Notes: generated by a model from the letters alone, not told the origin. A stretch of 64,000 nucleotides of DNA from a virus (IMGVR_UViG_3300032322_001781), one strand, 5' to 3'; positions 48,061 through 57,823 are shown, counted from the stretch's first letter. Translations and numbers: made by a program.

Positions 48061-48688
48061 ACTAGAAACAGGATTTATTGTTGTTTCTGATGAAAAAATT
48101 AAAGTTGGTGATACTTGTATATCAGATAAAAATATTATTGATATAGGTAAAATTCACAACCAATGGACCATGTTTAAACCTTCTACACAAGAACATTTAA
48201 ATATTTTAAAATCTTGTAAAAAAGTAATAGCCCAAGAACCTAACATCATATTCTCAGACCTCAAAGAAGAGGAACAGAGAAGGATTGGATGGTTTGATGT
48301 TGATTTTATTGTTAAAGACGTTTGTGGATATGATAAAAATGTACCACTACCAGAAAATGATAATGAAGTAAATACTGCCTTAGATTGTTTAAAACGATTC
48401 CAAAAAGCCCAAGAACTTTTATCTGATAAAAGGTTTACTTTGGAAGATTTAAGAAAAGCGTTTAATGCTGGAGATGATTACAGGTATTACGAAAATGGTG
48501 GTTTTAGAAGTATTCCAAGTGATGTTTTAGATGAAGATGGATATATCCAATCGCTATCTCAACCTAAATCTTGGCCTGTTAAATTAGAGATGGAAGATTA
48601 CGATTTTAAAGTAAAAGATGCAAGAAATTATTTACCTATGAAACCAAAACTAACTGATGGTAAAGTAAGAATATTAAAAGTATTGTAA
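48041..48688 (+). CDS. hypothetical protein
   Basis: ORF. Confidence 0.45.
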   Translation: MNYTLHKLETGFIVVSDEKIKVGDTCISDKNIIDIGKIHNQWTMFKPSTQEHLNILKSCKKVIAQEPNIIFSDLKEEEQRRIGWFDVDFIVKDVCGYDKNVPLPENDNEVNTALDCLKRFQKAQELLSDKRFTLEDLRKAFNAGDDYRYYENGGFRSIPSDVLDEDGYIQSLSQPKSWPVKLEMEDYDFKVKDARNYLPMKPKLTDGKVRILKVL

Positions 48689-48777
48689 TATTTAAAAAGC
48701 GGTTAGGTAGCTCCTAAATGAACTTAGAGGGTCTTCGGGAAAATCTAAGAGAGATTGAAAAATAACCCGACCATTGG

Positions 48778-48844
48778 GGAGATACACTTAAAGTTGGCCA
48801 CAGGTAAAGTGATAAGATTGTAAGTTCGAATCTTACTCTCTCCA
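48778..48844 (+). tRNA. tRNA-like element (short, ~67 nt) with canonical T-arm gtaag-ttcgaat-cttac
   Basis: Acceptor-like pairing ggagata/tctctcc but D/anticodon arms do not fold canonically. Confidence 0.3.
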
Positions 48845-48895
48845 CAGAATTAACACAGGTATACATGTGCTTAATGGACTGCTAGAAATAGCAGA

Positions 48896-48964
48896 AGTAG
48901 AATCGTCTAATTGGTAGGGCGCATCAGGAAAGGTGAAATTTAGGTTCGACTCCTAGTTCTACTA
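48896..48964 (+). tRNA. tRNA-like element (short, ~69 nt) with T-arm ttagg-ttcgact-cctag and D-loop-like aattggtag
   Basis: Perfect 7-bp acceptor agtagaa/ttctact, D-stem gtct/gggc, but no canonical anticodon arm (loop ggaaagg lacks U33). Confidence 0.35.
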
Positions 48965-48980
48965 CTAAATTTTAAATAAA

Positions 48981-49337
48981 ATGAATGAAATAGAAAAAGA
49001 ATTTATACCATATAATTTGGCTGTAGAGCTTGATAAACTTGGGTTTAACAAACCTTGTTTTGGTTATTTTGATAAAGAAGATGAAAATAGTTTAAAATGT
49101 GATGTAGTTTATGACAATAAAAATTTATCAGCTCCTACTTATCGACAAGCGTTTAAATTTTTTAGAGATAAATATAAACTTTCTATCTGGATATATAATA
49201 GTGATTTAGATAAATACTTCTTTACAATATTACAAAATGGTAGAATTATAAAAGCTAATCAATCAACAAGTAGTTATGAAGAAGCTGAATCAGAATGTTT
49301 AAATAAATTAATAAAAATTTGTAAAAATGAACAATAA
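48981..49337 (+). CDS. hypothetical protein
   Basis: ORF. Confidence 0.4.
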   Translation: MNEIEKEFIPYNLAVELDKLGFNKPCFGYFDKEDENSLKCDVVYDNKNLSAPTYRQAFKFFRDKYKLSIWIYNSDLDKYFFTILQNGRIIKANQSTSSYEEAESECLNKLIKICKNEQ

Positions 49338-49728
49338 TATAGAACCACATTATGTAAGTTATGATTTTGCTAAATTCTTAAAAAGTAAAGGATTTAATGT
49401 GTTTTGTAGACAAGCTTTTTATGGTGATGTAGAAGATGAAGAAATAGAAAATAATGAACCTACTACAACGGGAGATGATTTTATTTTAGGTGAATATGAT
49501 TGTTATGCTCCTGAACACTGGGAAGTAGTTGACTGGTTATACAAAAATTATGGTATTTGGGTGCAAACTACTTGGGTTAAAGATAACACTTTCAGATGTG
49601 GTGTAATTGATACTGATAATAAAACAGAGTTCATTATTAGAACTAAAGATGAACAACTTTATCATAAAACACCAGAGGAAGCTTATTCAGCAGCGTTTGA
49701 TTACATAAAAACTAAAGGATTAATATGA
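49327..49728 (+). CDS. hypothetical protein
   Basis: ORF. Confidence 0.4.
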   Translation: MNNNIEPHYVSYDFAKFLKSKGFNVFCRQAFYGDVEDEEIENNEPTTTGDDFILGEYDCYAPEHWEVVDWLYKNYGIWVQTTWVKDNTFRCGVIDTDNKTEFIIRTKDEQLYHKTPEEAYSAAFDYIKTKGLI

Positions 49729-49798
49729 AAAAAGTAACTAAATATATCATAGCTTTTATTATGACTGTAGAATATTATTTTAGAAAAATATTTAAACT

Positions 49799-50134
49799 AT
49801 GACACAACAAGAAATACAAGATAGAAATGTTGAAATAGCAAGAATGCTTGGTTATAAAACTAATTGGTTAGACAAACTTTTCTACACTTGGAAGTGTAGA
49901 TTTTTGTATGACTGGAATCTTTTAATGGAAGTAGTTGAATTTATAAGATTAAAAAATTGGTCTTATGATATGTATTGCCCTTCAGATATTATGGATACAG
50001 ATGGTTTATTTGAATGTAATTTTTGGGATAAAATTAATCCTGAAATAGAAGGAAGAAGTAAAAATTCATTAAAAGAAGCAGTATTTATAGCAGTATCAGA
50101 TTTTGCTAAAAAATTTAATAATAAAGAATTATGA
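49799..50134 (+). CDS. hypothetical protein
   Basis: ORF. Confidence 0.4.
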   Translation: MTQQEIQDRNVEIARMLGYKTNWLDKLFYTWKCRFLYDWNLLMEVVEFIRLKNWSYDMYCPSDIMDTDGLFECNFWDKINPEIEGRSKNSLKEAVFIAVSDFAKKFNNKEL

Positions 50135-50300
50135 AAACTATTTCTACTGATAAACATACAAGCCTTTTTATAGATTGGGTGAAAGAACTTTTAACGGAAG
50201 AAGAAGGTCAAAATATCACTAGGCAGGGTTTAAATTATCTTGAAATTCTTTATAAAGAATGCACTGGTAAAGAAGCTAAAAAATTTAACAACAAAGAATT

Positions 50301-51260
50301 ATGAAAAATATATTTATATTACCAACGAATAAACCAAGTAGATTATATAAAGCTAGAACATTTGATTATGGACTTTATGAAAAACCTAAAACTTATACTG
50401 TAAAAAATCAAGGACAACATGTCTATATTACATCTGATGAAGAAATTAAAGAAGGAGATTGGATTTTGGATAATATATTGGTAAATAAAAAACCAATTAG
50501 AGTAACAAAAGAATTATTAGAAGATGGTTTTCTTAAAGAAGATAAAAAAATTATATTAACAACAGACCCAGATTTAATTGCAGATGGAATACAAAGTATT
50601 GATGATGAATTTTTAGAGTGGTTTGTTAAGAATCCAAGTTGTGAGTATGTTGAGGTAAAACAAAAACAACATTTTGAACCTAATAAAACTAAAAGAACTA
50701 ATCCTTTAAATGGTGTTTATTATTCTTACAAAATTCTAATTCCAAAAAAAGAACCTAAACAAGAATTACCAGGAACAAATATGACATCTTTTGAAATAGA
50801 ATTAGATAAAGATTGTTTTCCTAAAAATGTAGAAGTTGAATCAGCTAATGGTGAACATTTAGGAACAGTTAGTATTATACCTATACCTCATATAGATTAT
50901 ATTCCAAAAGAAGAAAAATGTACTTGTGAGAATCCTACCGATAATACTTGTGATTATTGTGAAAAAGAAAACAAGATTGAAATACTAGAAGAAGCTAAAA
51001 AAAGAGCTTTAGAAGAAGAATTGGAAGAAGCAGCTAATAGATTATTTCCTATATCTAAAGGAGGTTTAATGTGGATGCCTTCAACACATGATTGTAATCA
51101 AGCAAATAAACAAGAAGGATTTATTGTAGGTGCTAAATGGCAAGCTGAAAGGATGTATAGTGAGGAAGATTTATTAGTTGCATTTGAAGCAGGAATGATG
51201 TTTATTGGTGAGGATAAAGGAAGTTTTAGAGAATGGTTTGAACAATATAAAAAGAAATAA
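50301..51260 (+). CDS. hypothetical protein
   Basis: ORF; C-x-C...C..C cluster mid-protein. Confidence 0.45.
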   Translation: MKNIFILPTNKPSRLYKARTFDYGLYEKPKTYTVKNQGQHVYITSDEEIKEGDWILDNILVNKKPIRVTKELLEDGFLKEDKKIILTTDPDLIADGIQSIDDEFLEWFVKNPSCEYVEVKQKQHFEPNKTKRTNPLNGVYYSYKILIPKKEPKQELPGTNMTSFEIELDKDCFPKNVEVESANGEHLGTVSIIPIPHIDYIPKEEKCTCENPTDNTCDYCEKENKIEILEEAKKRALEEELEEAANRLFPISKGGLMWMPSTHDCNQANKQEGFIVGAKWQAERMYSEEDLLVAFEAGMMFIGEDKGSFREWFEQYKKK

Positions 51261-51523
51261 TGAAAAAAATTAACTTAATTAAATTAGAAACATTAACTAC
51301 TGCTGAGTATCCTCAAGAAAATAAATATCCTTCTGGTAATATTATAGCAAAAGGTTTAATGTTTAATTGGTCTAAACCTGAAATTGACAAATGTTTTTAT
51401 GTATATAAAGCTAAATTAAGACCAGTATTTGCAACTAGTTTAGTTCAAAATATTGAAGAAATTGAAGATGGATACATAATTACAACAATTAATTCAAAAT
51501 ATAAAATTGAAATTGTAAAATGA
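51260..51523 (+). CDS. hypothetical protein
   Basis: ORF. Confidence 0.4.
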   Translation: MKKINLIKLETLTTAEYPQENKYPSGNIIAKGLMFNWSKPEIDKCFYVYKAKLRPVFATSLVQNIEEIEDGYIITTINSKYKIEIVK

Positions 51524-51638
51524 AATAATATGAATAAATATGACACTCAACAACATATAATAGTATGGATAATGATACTAATACCTTTATTATGTTTGTT
51601 TTTATGTGATTAAGGTTTGAACAATTTAAAAAGAAATA

Positions 51639-52097
51639 ATGAAAAATAACTTATCCTTTAAATTTAGTAAAATGACACACAAAATAGAATTAAACTTTGA
51701 AGAATTATGTTTAGTAGAAAGAGCATTAGAGTTATATGGTAGGGTAGGTATGTATCAATTTGACTATTTAACTCTTAATTACAGCCTTCAAAAGCAAATA
51801 TGGGATAAAGACATATCTCAAGAATTTAGAGACAAAGCTGATGAATTAAAAGCTTTATTTAGTTATTCTAAAAATGCAAATCCAGGGATATTAAATAAGG
51901 AAGAAGTTGGTGATGACTGTAGGCTAGCAATTCATATATATCAGCAAATTAGATATCAAAGATATTTGGATAGAGCAAAAATAAATCCTCAAGAGGAGGC
52001 TGAACATCATGGTGTTGATAAATATCCAGCAGACACTTGTCAATTAGCAGATATGTCTTTACCTAATTTCAAAATAACAACTAATGACCAAACCTAA
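51639..52097 (+). CDS. hypothetical protein
   Basis: ORF. Confidence 0.4.
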   Translation: MKNNLSFKFSKMTHKIELNFEELCLVERALELYGRVGMYQFDYLTLNYSLQKQIWDKDISQEFRDKADELKALFSYSKNANPGILNKEEVGDDCRLAIHIYQQIRYQRYLDRAKINPQEEAEHHGVDKYPADTCQLADMSLPNFKITTNDQT

Positions 52098-52317
52098 TTT
52101 TGTTTTAGAAAGAACTAAAGCTATTTTTTCTGATGAATCTAATAGAGATATTCAAAATAAAATATATTTAGATTACATTAATAAAAGAAATAAAGAAACT
52201 TCAAAACCATGTTATTGTGGCAAAGTAACATTTTGTCTTTGTGGTAATCCATCATTTGAAGAATTTAAACATAACTTACTAAATAATAATATAAATGAAA
52301 GGAATTTATTTAACTGA
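52084..52317 (+). CDS. hypothetical small Cys-rich protein
   Basis: ORF. Confidence 0.35.
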   Translation: MTKPNFVLERTKAIFSDESNRDIQNKIYLDYINKRNKETSKPCYCGKVTFCLCGNPSFEEFKHNLLNNNINERNLFN

Positions 52318-52579
52318 AGAAGGTAAAAAAGAAATTGAAAATAAGATAGCTGATTATGAAAGAAGTGAAGCTTATGATGATGAATATTATGAAAGGGAAC
52401 TTCAAGGAAAATATAAAATTCATAAAGAAATCCTAGCATCAGCAATAATACTACCTGTTGAGGAAAGTTGGGAAAAATTAGAAGAGAATCTTTTAGAAGG
52501 ATTACATGAACATACAAGATTAGAACATGTAATTTCTATTGATTATCCAAATGGAGTTATAATACAACCTAAACAATAA
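52295..52579 (+). CDS. hypothetical protein
   Basis: ORF. Confidence 0.4.
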   Translation: MKGIYLTEEGKKEIENKIADYERSEAYDDEYYERELQGKYKIHKEILASAIILPVEESWEKLEENLLEGLHEHTRLEHVISIDYPNGVIIQPKQ

Positions 52580-52582
52580 AAC

Positions 52583-52762
52583 ATGGCACAAACTAAAAAA
52601 CAACAAGAAGAAGTTAAACAAGCCATGCAACAATCTCCACCAAAAGATGAAAGAAGTTATCTTTTTGATATTACTGGTTGTCCTAGATATGAAGGTTATA
52701 TACCTAAATCATTAGGACATGAAGTATGTAAATATTGTGGAAGACATAGTTATTATCATTAA
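52583..52762 (+). CDS. hypothetical 59-aa Zn-ribbon-like protein (not in ORF track)
   Basis: MAQTKKQQEE...GCPRYEG...CKYCGRH; below 60-aa track cutoff. Confidence 0.35.
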   Translation: MAQTKKQQEEVKQAMQQSPPKDERSYLFDITGCPRYEGYIPKSLGHEVCKYCGRHSYYH

Positions 52763-52843
52763 AATTTATTAAAATGCTAGACTTAAATAAATTGGAATAA
52801 AGAATAAGCGTCTTATAAAATGAAATAATTTTTTCAAAATAAA

Positions 52844-52875
52844 TTTGGTTATGTCAAAATTATTTCATACCTTTG
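52844..52875 (+). promoter_or_regulatory. Bacteroidetes-type promoter driving 900-nt ORF-free region
   Basis: TTTGG-N20-TACCTTTG followed by TCACGTTCATTGA (same +1 box as 39817). Confidence 0.6.
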
Positions 52876-52881
52876 TCTCAC

Positions 52882-53786
52882 GTTCATTGAAATACTAAAA
52901 AAAATTAGGCTTGATATTTGCCTTTGTGAATGAATTAGTCAGAGCCAGTAATGGACAAGAGCTTGAGAACTCTTATAATTCACATAAAAAGTTGTAGTAA
53001 TAAAAAGGTTGGTGGTTAGACTTTGATAGGTTGCCGAAGTCCTTAGAGATGAGTAGGAAGTTCTTAGTCGTTAAAGAAGAACACCAGTTATTACTACAAA
53101 TTGTGTTGTTTCTCTGATTTGAGATAAGAGAAATGCTAATAGATTCACATAAATAAACTGATAATAGTGAAAAGCTGAGTTATCGCAACACAAATATCAA
53201 TCTCAATCTAATTGTTTTGTAATAGTCTTGAAATATAGGGTAACTACTTATAATAAAAATAGCGATTTGAGAGTGCCGTAAGGTAACAGATTATGAGAGC
53301 TATTACAAAACATTAGAATATTCTATACCAATAAACTTGTTGTTAGTCAACATATAATAGTCAGAAAATATTGGTAGAAGATATAAATCACTATTGAAAA
53401 TAGTATGAATGTAGCTGCTCACGGCTACAAAGCTGGTAAAAACTTTGTAAAAAATGTGAGACTCCAAGCAAGAAATTGTGATGGTACAAAGAATTCAGGT
53501 GAATACTATATAACCTAAGTAAATAGTGACACATAATGGTGGCTGTAGTAATACAGTAGTGGCAGCATATTGTATAAGAAGGCATTAGTTTAACTCTTTA
53601 TTGTCAGAACATCTTATAGTATGCCTTAAACATAGTAATATGTTTATAGTAGTTTCTAATACGACATACATAGAAATATGTGTTTGCAAAATGAAACATT
53701 GTGCGAGCCTACTGTGGTGGTAGGAAAATATTAACAATTAAAACTTAACATGATGAATATGTTAGCAAAATTGCTTACTTTTACGT
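52882..53786 (+). ncRNA. candidate large structured ncRNA (~900 nt), unknown family
   Basis: No ORF >60 aa on + strand across ~900 nt in an otherwise gene-dense genome; numerous local and long-range complementary segments (tgtgaat/attcaca, attgtgttg/caacacaat, gtaatagtc/gctattac). Confidence 0.5.
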
Positions 53787-54533
53787 ATGAAAAAATTAAA
53801 CCACTTACAATTTTTAGAAAAATTAGAATTAAAAAATACCTATTACGCTAAAAAAGAATTTGTTGTAAGTGGTTTTTATGTTGATAGTAGAACAAAAATA
53901 GAAGTAGAAACACTATTTGGTAAATGTTTAATATTACCAACAAGTTTACTAAAAGGTTTTAATCCTACTATAGAAACAGCGATTGATAAAAATAATTATA
54001 TTATAGCACAATTTAAAAATGTTCATGGTGATAAATATAATTATGATTATGTGCATTATAAAAATATGAGAAATAAAGTCATTATTTTCTGTGAAAAACA
54101 TAACATGAAATTTTCTCAACTTCCTTCATGTCATTTATCTGGAAGAGGGTGTCCTTGTTGCGGAAAAAATATGATTAGTTTAAATAATCAAAAAAATTGT
54201 ACAACATGGAGTTATTCTGATTGGGAATCTATTGGAAATATATCTTTATATTTTGATTGTTTTAAAGTTTATATAGTAAAATGTTGGGATGAAAATGAGG
54301 AATTTTATAAAATTGGTAAAACTTTTACAAATATAAATAAAAGATTATCTAAAAATAATTTACCTTACAAATATGAAGTATTAAAAATATTTACAGGTAC
54401 AGCTTTAGAAATATCTAAATTAGAGAAAAAATTAATTGATATAAATAAAGAATATAAATATATACCTAAACAAAAATTCAAAGGTATGTATGAATGTTTT
54501 AACAATATAAATAATATAATATGGGAAATTTAG
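53787..54533 (+). CDS. hypothetical protein with Zn-ribbon (C..H...C.CCG); weak GIY-YIG-like stretch
   Basis: CHLSGRGCPCCG; VYIVKCWDENEEFYKIGKT loosely resembles GIY-(10)-YIG. Confidence 0.4.
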   Translation: MKKLNHLQFLEKLELKNTYYAKKEFVVSGFYVDSRTKIEVETLFGKCLILPTSLLKGFNPTIETAIDKNNYIIAQFKNVHGDKYNYDYVHYKNMRNKVIIFCEKHNMKFSQLPSCHLSGRGCPCCGKNMISLNNQKNCTTWSYSDWESIGNISLYFDCFKVYIVKCWDENEEFYKIGKTFTNINKRLSKNNLPYKYEVLKIFTGTALEISKLEKKLIDINKEYKYIPKQKFKGMYECFNNINNIIWEI

Positions 54534-54946
54534 CAAAAGCCATTCAAATAGCAGCAACAGCTCATTTGAATCAAACAGATAAAGGTGGTAAACCTTATAT
54601 TCTACACCCATTATGGGTAATGGATAGAGTAAGACATTTAGGAGAAGATTACATGATTGTAGCAGTATTACATGATGTAGTAGAGGATTCTGATTGGACA
54701 TTAGTACAATTGGCAAATGAAGGTTTTAATACAAAAGTTATTGGCGCATTATCATTATTAACTCATGATAAATCCCAATCTTATGATGATTACATTAAAG
54801 CCATTTCAACAAATCCTATTGCAAAAGCTGTTAAATTGCGTGATTTAGAACACAATACTAAAATTACAAGACTCAAAGGTTTAAGAAAGAAAGACTTTGA
54901 TAGGCTTGAAAAATACCACAGGGCATACACTTATTTACTAGATTAA
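54521..54946 (+). CDS. small alarmone hydrolase (RelA/SpoT-type HD domain, Mesh1-like)
   Basis: AATAHLNQTDKGGKPYILHPLWV...IVAVLHDVVEDS matches (p)ppGpp hydrolase HD signature (AH.GQ.R.SG.PYI.HPL.V...LHDV.EDT). Confidence 0.75.
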   Translation: MGNLAKAIQIAATAHLNQTDKGGKPYILHPLWVMDRVRHLGEDYMIVAVLHDVVEDSDWTLVQLANEGFNTKVIGALSLLTHDKSQSYDDYIKAISTNPIAKAVKLRDLEHNTKITRLKGLRKKDFDRLEKYHRAYTYLLD

Positions 54947-54958
54947 TAATTAAATCAA

Positions 54959-55153
54959 ATGATAAACTCAATTATATTAGCTCTAGATTTTATGTCAGAG
55001 CATAAAATCATAACTGCTGAATTAAAACAAAGAGCTGAAGATGAATATAAAGCTGCATTAAAAATGCCTAGAAAGAAGAAAAAACAGGCTAAAAAATCAG
55101 CAGAATTGTTATATTCAATAGCTTGTCATGGTGACAATTTACTAAATTTTTAA
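54959..55153 (+). CDS. hypothetical small protein
   Basis: ORF. Confidence 0.35.
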   Translation: MINSIILALDFMSEHKIITAELKQRAEDEYKAALKMPRKKKKQAKKSAELLYSIACHGDNLLNF

Positions 55154-55165
55154 CAATTAAAAACA

Positions 55166-55381
55166 ATGAAAAAAACAATAATTAAAACATTATTAATAGT
55201 ATTTTTATTTCTGATTACATTTGGTTGGGCGTTTATACCTGAAGATGTTTTATTTGTAAATTATCATGACAATGTGAAAACTCCATTTGGCAATATTATA
55301 TTGACTGTAAGTGGACTATTTTTAGGATTTTTTGCTGGAATGGGAATATTTCATGAAGTAAATAATTTAATGAGAGATTAA
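55166..55381 (+). CDS. hypothetical small membrane protein
   Basis: two hydrophobic helices. Confidence 0.4.
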   Translation: MKKTIIKTLLIVFLFLITFGWAFIPEDVLFVNYHDNVKTPFGNIILTVSGLFLGFFAGMGIFHEVNNLMRD

Positions 55382-55388
55382 AAATAAA

Positions 55389-55420
55389 TTTGGTAATCTA
55401 AATAATTTATCATACCTTTA
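55389..55420 (+). promoter_or_regulatory. promoter variant (-7 TACCTTTA)
   Basis: tttggtaa-N20-taccttta. Confidence 0.45.
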
Positions 55421-55440
55421 CATAAATCAATAAAAAAAAA

Positions 55441-56001
55441 ATGAAAAAACAAATTTTAATTCTATTTGCTGTATTATTTAATACAGCCATTTTCGCCAAG
55501 TCTTCAACAGAAACTGTTCTAGATAAGGTAGAACAAGTAGCTGACTCAGCTAAACAATCAGTGAAAAATGGTGTAACTGCTGTAGATACATCGTCTAATT
55601 TTCGCTTAATATATACCGATATGAAAGAAGGTATTGCTGCTTTAGCCACATCCCTAAAAGTAGGAGCCGAACATGTATATATTGTTATTGTTAAACAACA
55701 AGTTGTATATGCAATTACTTATACTATCTTAGATTTATTCTTATTATCATTTGCATTATTCTTCTTAATATCATTTTATAGATGTTATCGACATACTTTA
55801 GATAAAAAGCATGATTGGTATCGTCACGACTTACATGACCATTTTGGATTAGTAGGTAACTTAATAATTGGGATACTCATTTTAATTTTATCGTTTATCA
55901 TAATTAGTCATAATTTAACATATATAGTTACAGGTTTTGTTAACCCTGAATATGGCGCAATTCAAACCATTATTGATATTGTTAAAGACGCTAAAAAGTA
56001 A
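55441..56001 (+). CDS. hypothetical membrane protein with signal peptide
   Basis: N-terminal signal, 3 C-terminal TM helices. Confidence 0.45.
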   Translation: MKKQILILFAVLFNTAIFAKSSTETVLDKVEQVADSAKQSVKNGVTAVDTSSNFRLIYTDMKEGIAALATSLKVGAEHVYIVIVKQQVVYAITYTILDLFLLSFALFFLISFYRCYRHTLDKKHDWYRHDLHDHFGLVGNLIIGILILILSFIIISHNLTYIVTGFVNPEYGAIQTIIDIVKDAKK

Positions 56002-56004
56002 AAA

Positions 56005-56036
56005 TTTGGTAATCTAAATTATTTATCTTACCTTTG
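56005..56036 (+). promoter_or_regulatory. Bacteroidetes-type promoter
   Basis: TTTGG-N20-TACCTTTG. Confidence 0.6.
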
Positions 56037-56060
56037 CATAAACCAATTAAAATTTAAAAA

Positions 56061-56612
56061 ATGAAACACCTTAAACTAATCGTAATCTCAACCCTAATTT
56101 TTATTCCTCTATTGATAATCGGGATACAATTGATTTCTCTTTCAAATTCAGATACCCGCCTAAGAAATCAATTTAAACAAAAAATTGATGAACGGACCGC
56201 TTTTTACGATAATATGTGGAAAACACTTTCTCAGAAATCACAAATAGCTGTTAAAAATGATTCTAGTTTTTATAGAAACATTAATGCTATTATGTCATCT
56301 AGGAAAGATGCATCAGGATTATTTATGAAATGGATTACAGAATCTAACCCTAATGCCAATTACCAAGAAGTATCTAAGCTCTATTCAGATTTATCTAGAA
56401 CTGTAGAAAGTAAAAGAGATGAATTTTTTGAAAGAGAAAAAATGCTTCAAGATATAAAACTACAATCCGATAACTTGTTAACTTTATTCCCTAGCGGATG
56501 GATACTTAGAAACATATTTGGTAGAAAATACCTAGTATATAAACCTATAACATCAGATAGAACTGATGAAGTTATGACAACTGGAAAAGACAATAACGTT
56601 CAACTTTTTTAA
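56061..56612 (+). CDS. membrane-anchored protein, possibly LemA-like
   Basis: N-terminal TM then helical domain of LemA-like size; weak. Confidence 0.4.
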   Translation: MKHLKLIVISTLIFIPLLIIGIQLISLSNSDTRLRNQFKQKIDERTAFYDNMWKTLSQKSQIAVKNDSSFYRNINAIMSSRKDASGLFMKWITESNPNANYQEVSKLYSDLSRTVESKRDEFFEREKMLQDIKLQSDNLLTLFPSGWILRNIFGRKYLVYKPITSDRTDEVMTTGKDNNVQLF

Positions 56613-56614
56613 AT

Positions 56615-57775
56615 ATGATTATTTGGTACGCAATGATAATACCCCTACTAGCTGTAGGGGTTTTATATTTATTTTTTAAACATAAAACACATGTTTATGA
56701 AATATTAGGACTAATAAGCATCCCAGCAATAGTTATTCTTATATTTTATTCGATTGCCTCAAATTATGATATCCAAGACACTCAATTTAAAAGTGAACTT
56801 ATTACTAGAATAAGATACTACGAATCTTGGGAAACTTGGAAACATAGAACTTGTTCTTATACTACTTGCTCAGGCTCAGGTAAAACTAGAATATGTACAA
56901 CTCATTATTATGACTGTAGTTATTGTGATTATAATAAAGAACATTATACAGCAGTTACAATATCAGGTAAAGAATTTTCCCTTACTAGAGAAAAATATCA
57001 AGAACTCCTTAATAGATGGAAAGCAAAACCTAAATTCGTTGAATTAAATAGAAGTATAAATTATCATGGTGGTTGCGGTAAAGATGGTGATATGTATGAA
57101 TCATCTTGGAATTTTGATAAATTTACTACCGAATCAGCAACAATTGAAACTTCCTATGATAATCGTACTCAAGTAGCTTTAAGCGCATTTAATTACCCTA
57201 AGATTTCAAAAGAAAATGCCGATTCATTAGGTCTTTTTTCTTACCCAGAAATTGATGGTTATATTCAACCAAATATAGGCTTTAATTCCTATTGGTGGAA
57301 AAATAAATCAGATAAAAGATTTAATCTATATCAACACTTAAATGGTTTCATCGGACCAAATTATAAAGCTCATGTGTTCTTGTTATTCTTTAAAGATAAA
57401 GATGTAGATATCGCCTTTAAACAAGAAGCTTATTGGGCTAATGGTAATCAAAATGAAGTAGTTATTTGTATAGGTTATTCAGGTAATAAAATTAATTGGG
57501 TAAGACCTTTTAGTTGGTCCGAAAATAAAAGAACTTTGGTGGATTTAAGAGAAGATATATCTGAATTGAAAACAATAGATTTAAATAAGATATATCCATT
57601 AATCCTAAATTCAATAAAACTCAATTACCATTATAGAGACTTAGATAAAGATTTTGAATATTTATCTGTTGATTTAACTGAACATGAACTAATATCAGCA
57701 TATGTTTTAATCCTAGTCTTAACATTCGCCCTTTGTTATTATTTTGTAACAAACGATTTTGAACACGAAAAATAA
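56615..57775 (+). CDS. hypothetical membrane protein with Cys-rich segment
   Basis: 2 N-terminal TMs, CSYTTCSGSG..C..HYYDCSYCDY, C-terminal TM. Confidence 0.45.
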   Translation: MIIWYAMIIPLLAVGVLYLFFKHKTHVYEILGLISIPAIVILIFYSIASNYDIQDTQFKSELITRIRYYESWETWKHRTCSYTTCSGSGKTRICTTHYYDCSYCDYNKEHYTAVTISGKEFSLTREKYQELLNRWKAKPKFVELNRSINYHGGCGKDGDMYESSWNFDKFTTESATIETSYDNRTQVALSAFNYPKISKENADSLGLFSYPEIDGYIQPNIGFNSYWWKNKSDKRFNLYQHLNGFIGPNYKAHVFLLFFKDKDVDIAFKQEAYWANGNQNEVVICIGYSGNKINWVRPFSWSENKRTLVDLREDISELKTIDLNKIYPLILNSIKLNYHYRDLDKDFEYLSVDLTEHELISAYVLILVLTFALCYYFVTNDFEHEK

Positions 57776-57776
57776 A

Positions 57777-57808
57777 TTTGGTAATCTAAATTATTTGTCT
57801 TACCTTTG
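57777..57808 (+). promoter_or_regulatory. Bacteroidetes-type promoter (duplicated copy A)
   Basis: Near-identical to 56005 and 60235 promoters. Confidence 0.6.
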
Positions 57809-57823
57809 TATAAATAACTAATC

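Noticed and set aside
39822-53786. tmRNA in the 260-nt or 900-nt ORF-free regions
   Set aside because: Neither region has a tRNA-like 3' T-arm (GGTTCGA-type), a pairing 5' acceptor end, or an ALAA-type tag frame; they are kept only as unknown structured RNAs
53787-54533. GIY-YIG homing endonuclease call for the ORF after the 900-nt region (which would make the region a group I intron)
   Set aside because: Only a loose VYIV-(10)-YKIG pattern in the C-terminal part, no conserved Arg/Glu placement I can verify, and no split host gene flanking; reported as a hypothetical Zn-ribbon protein
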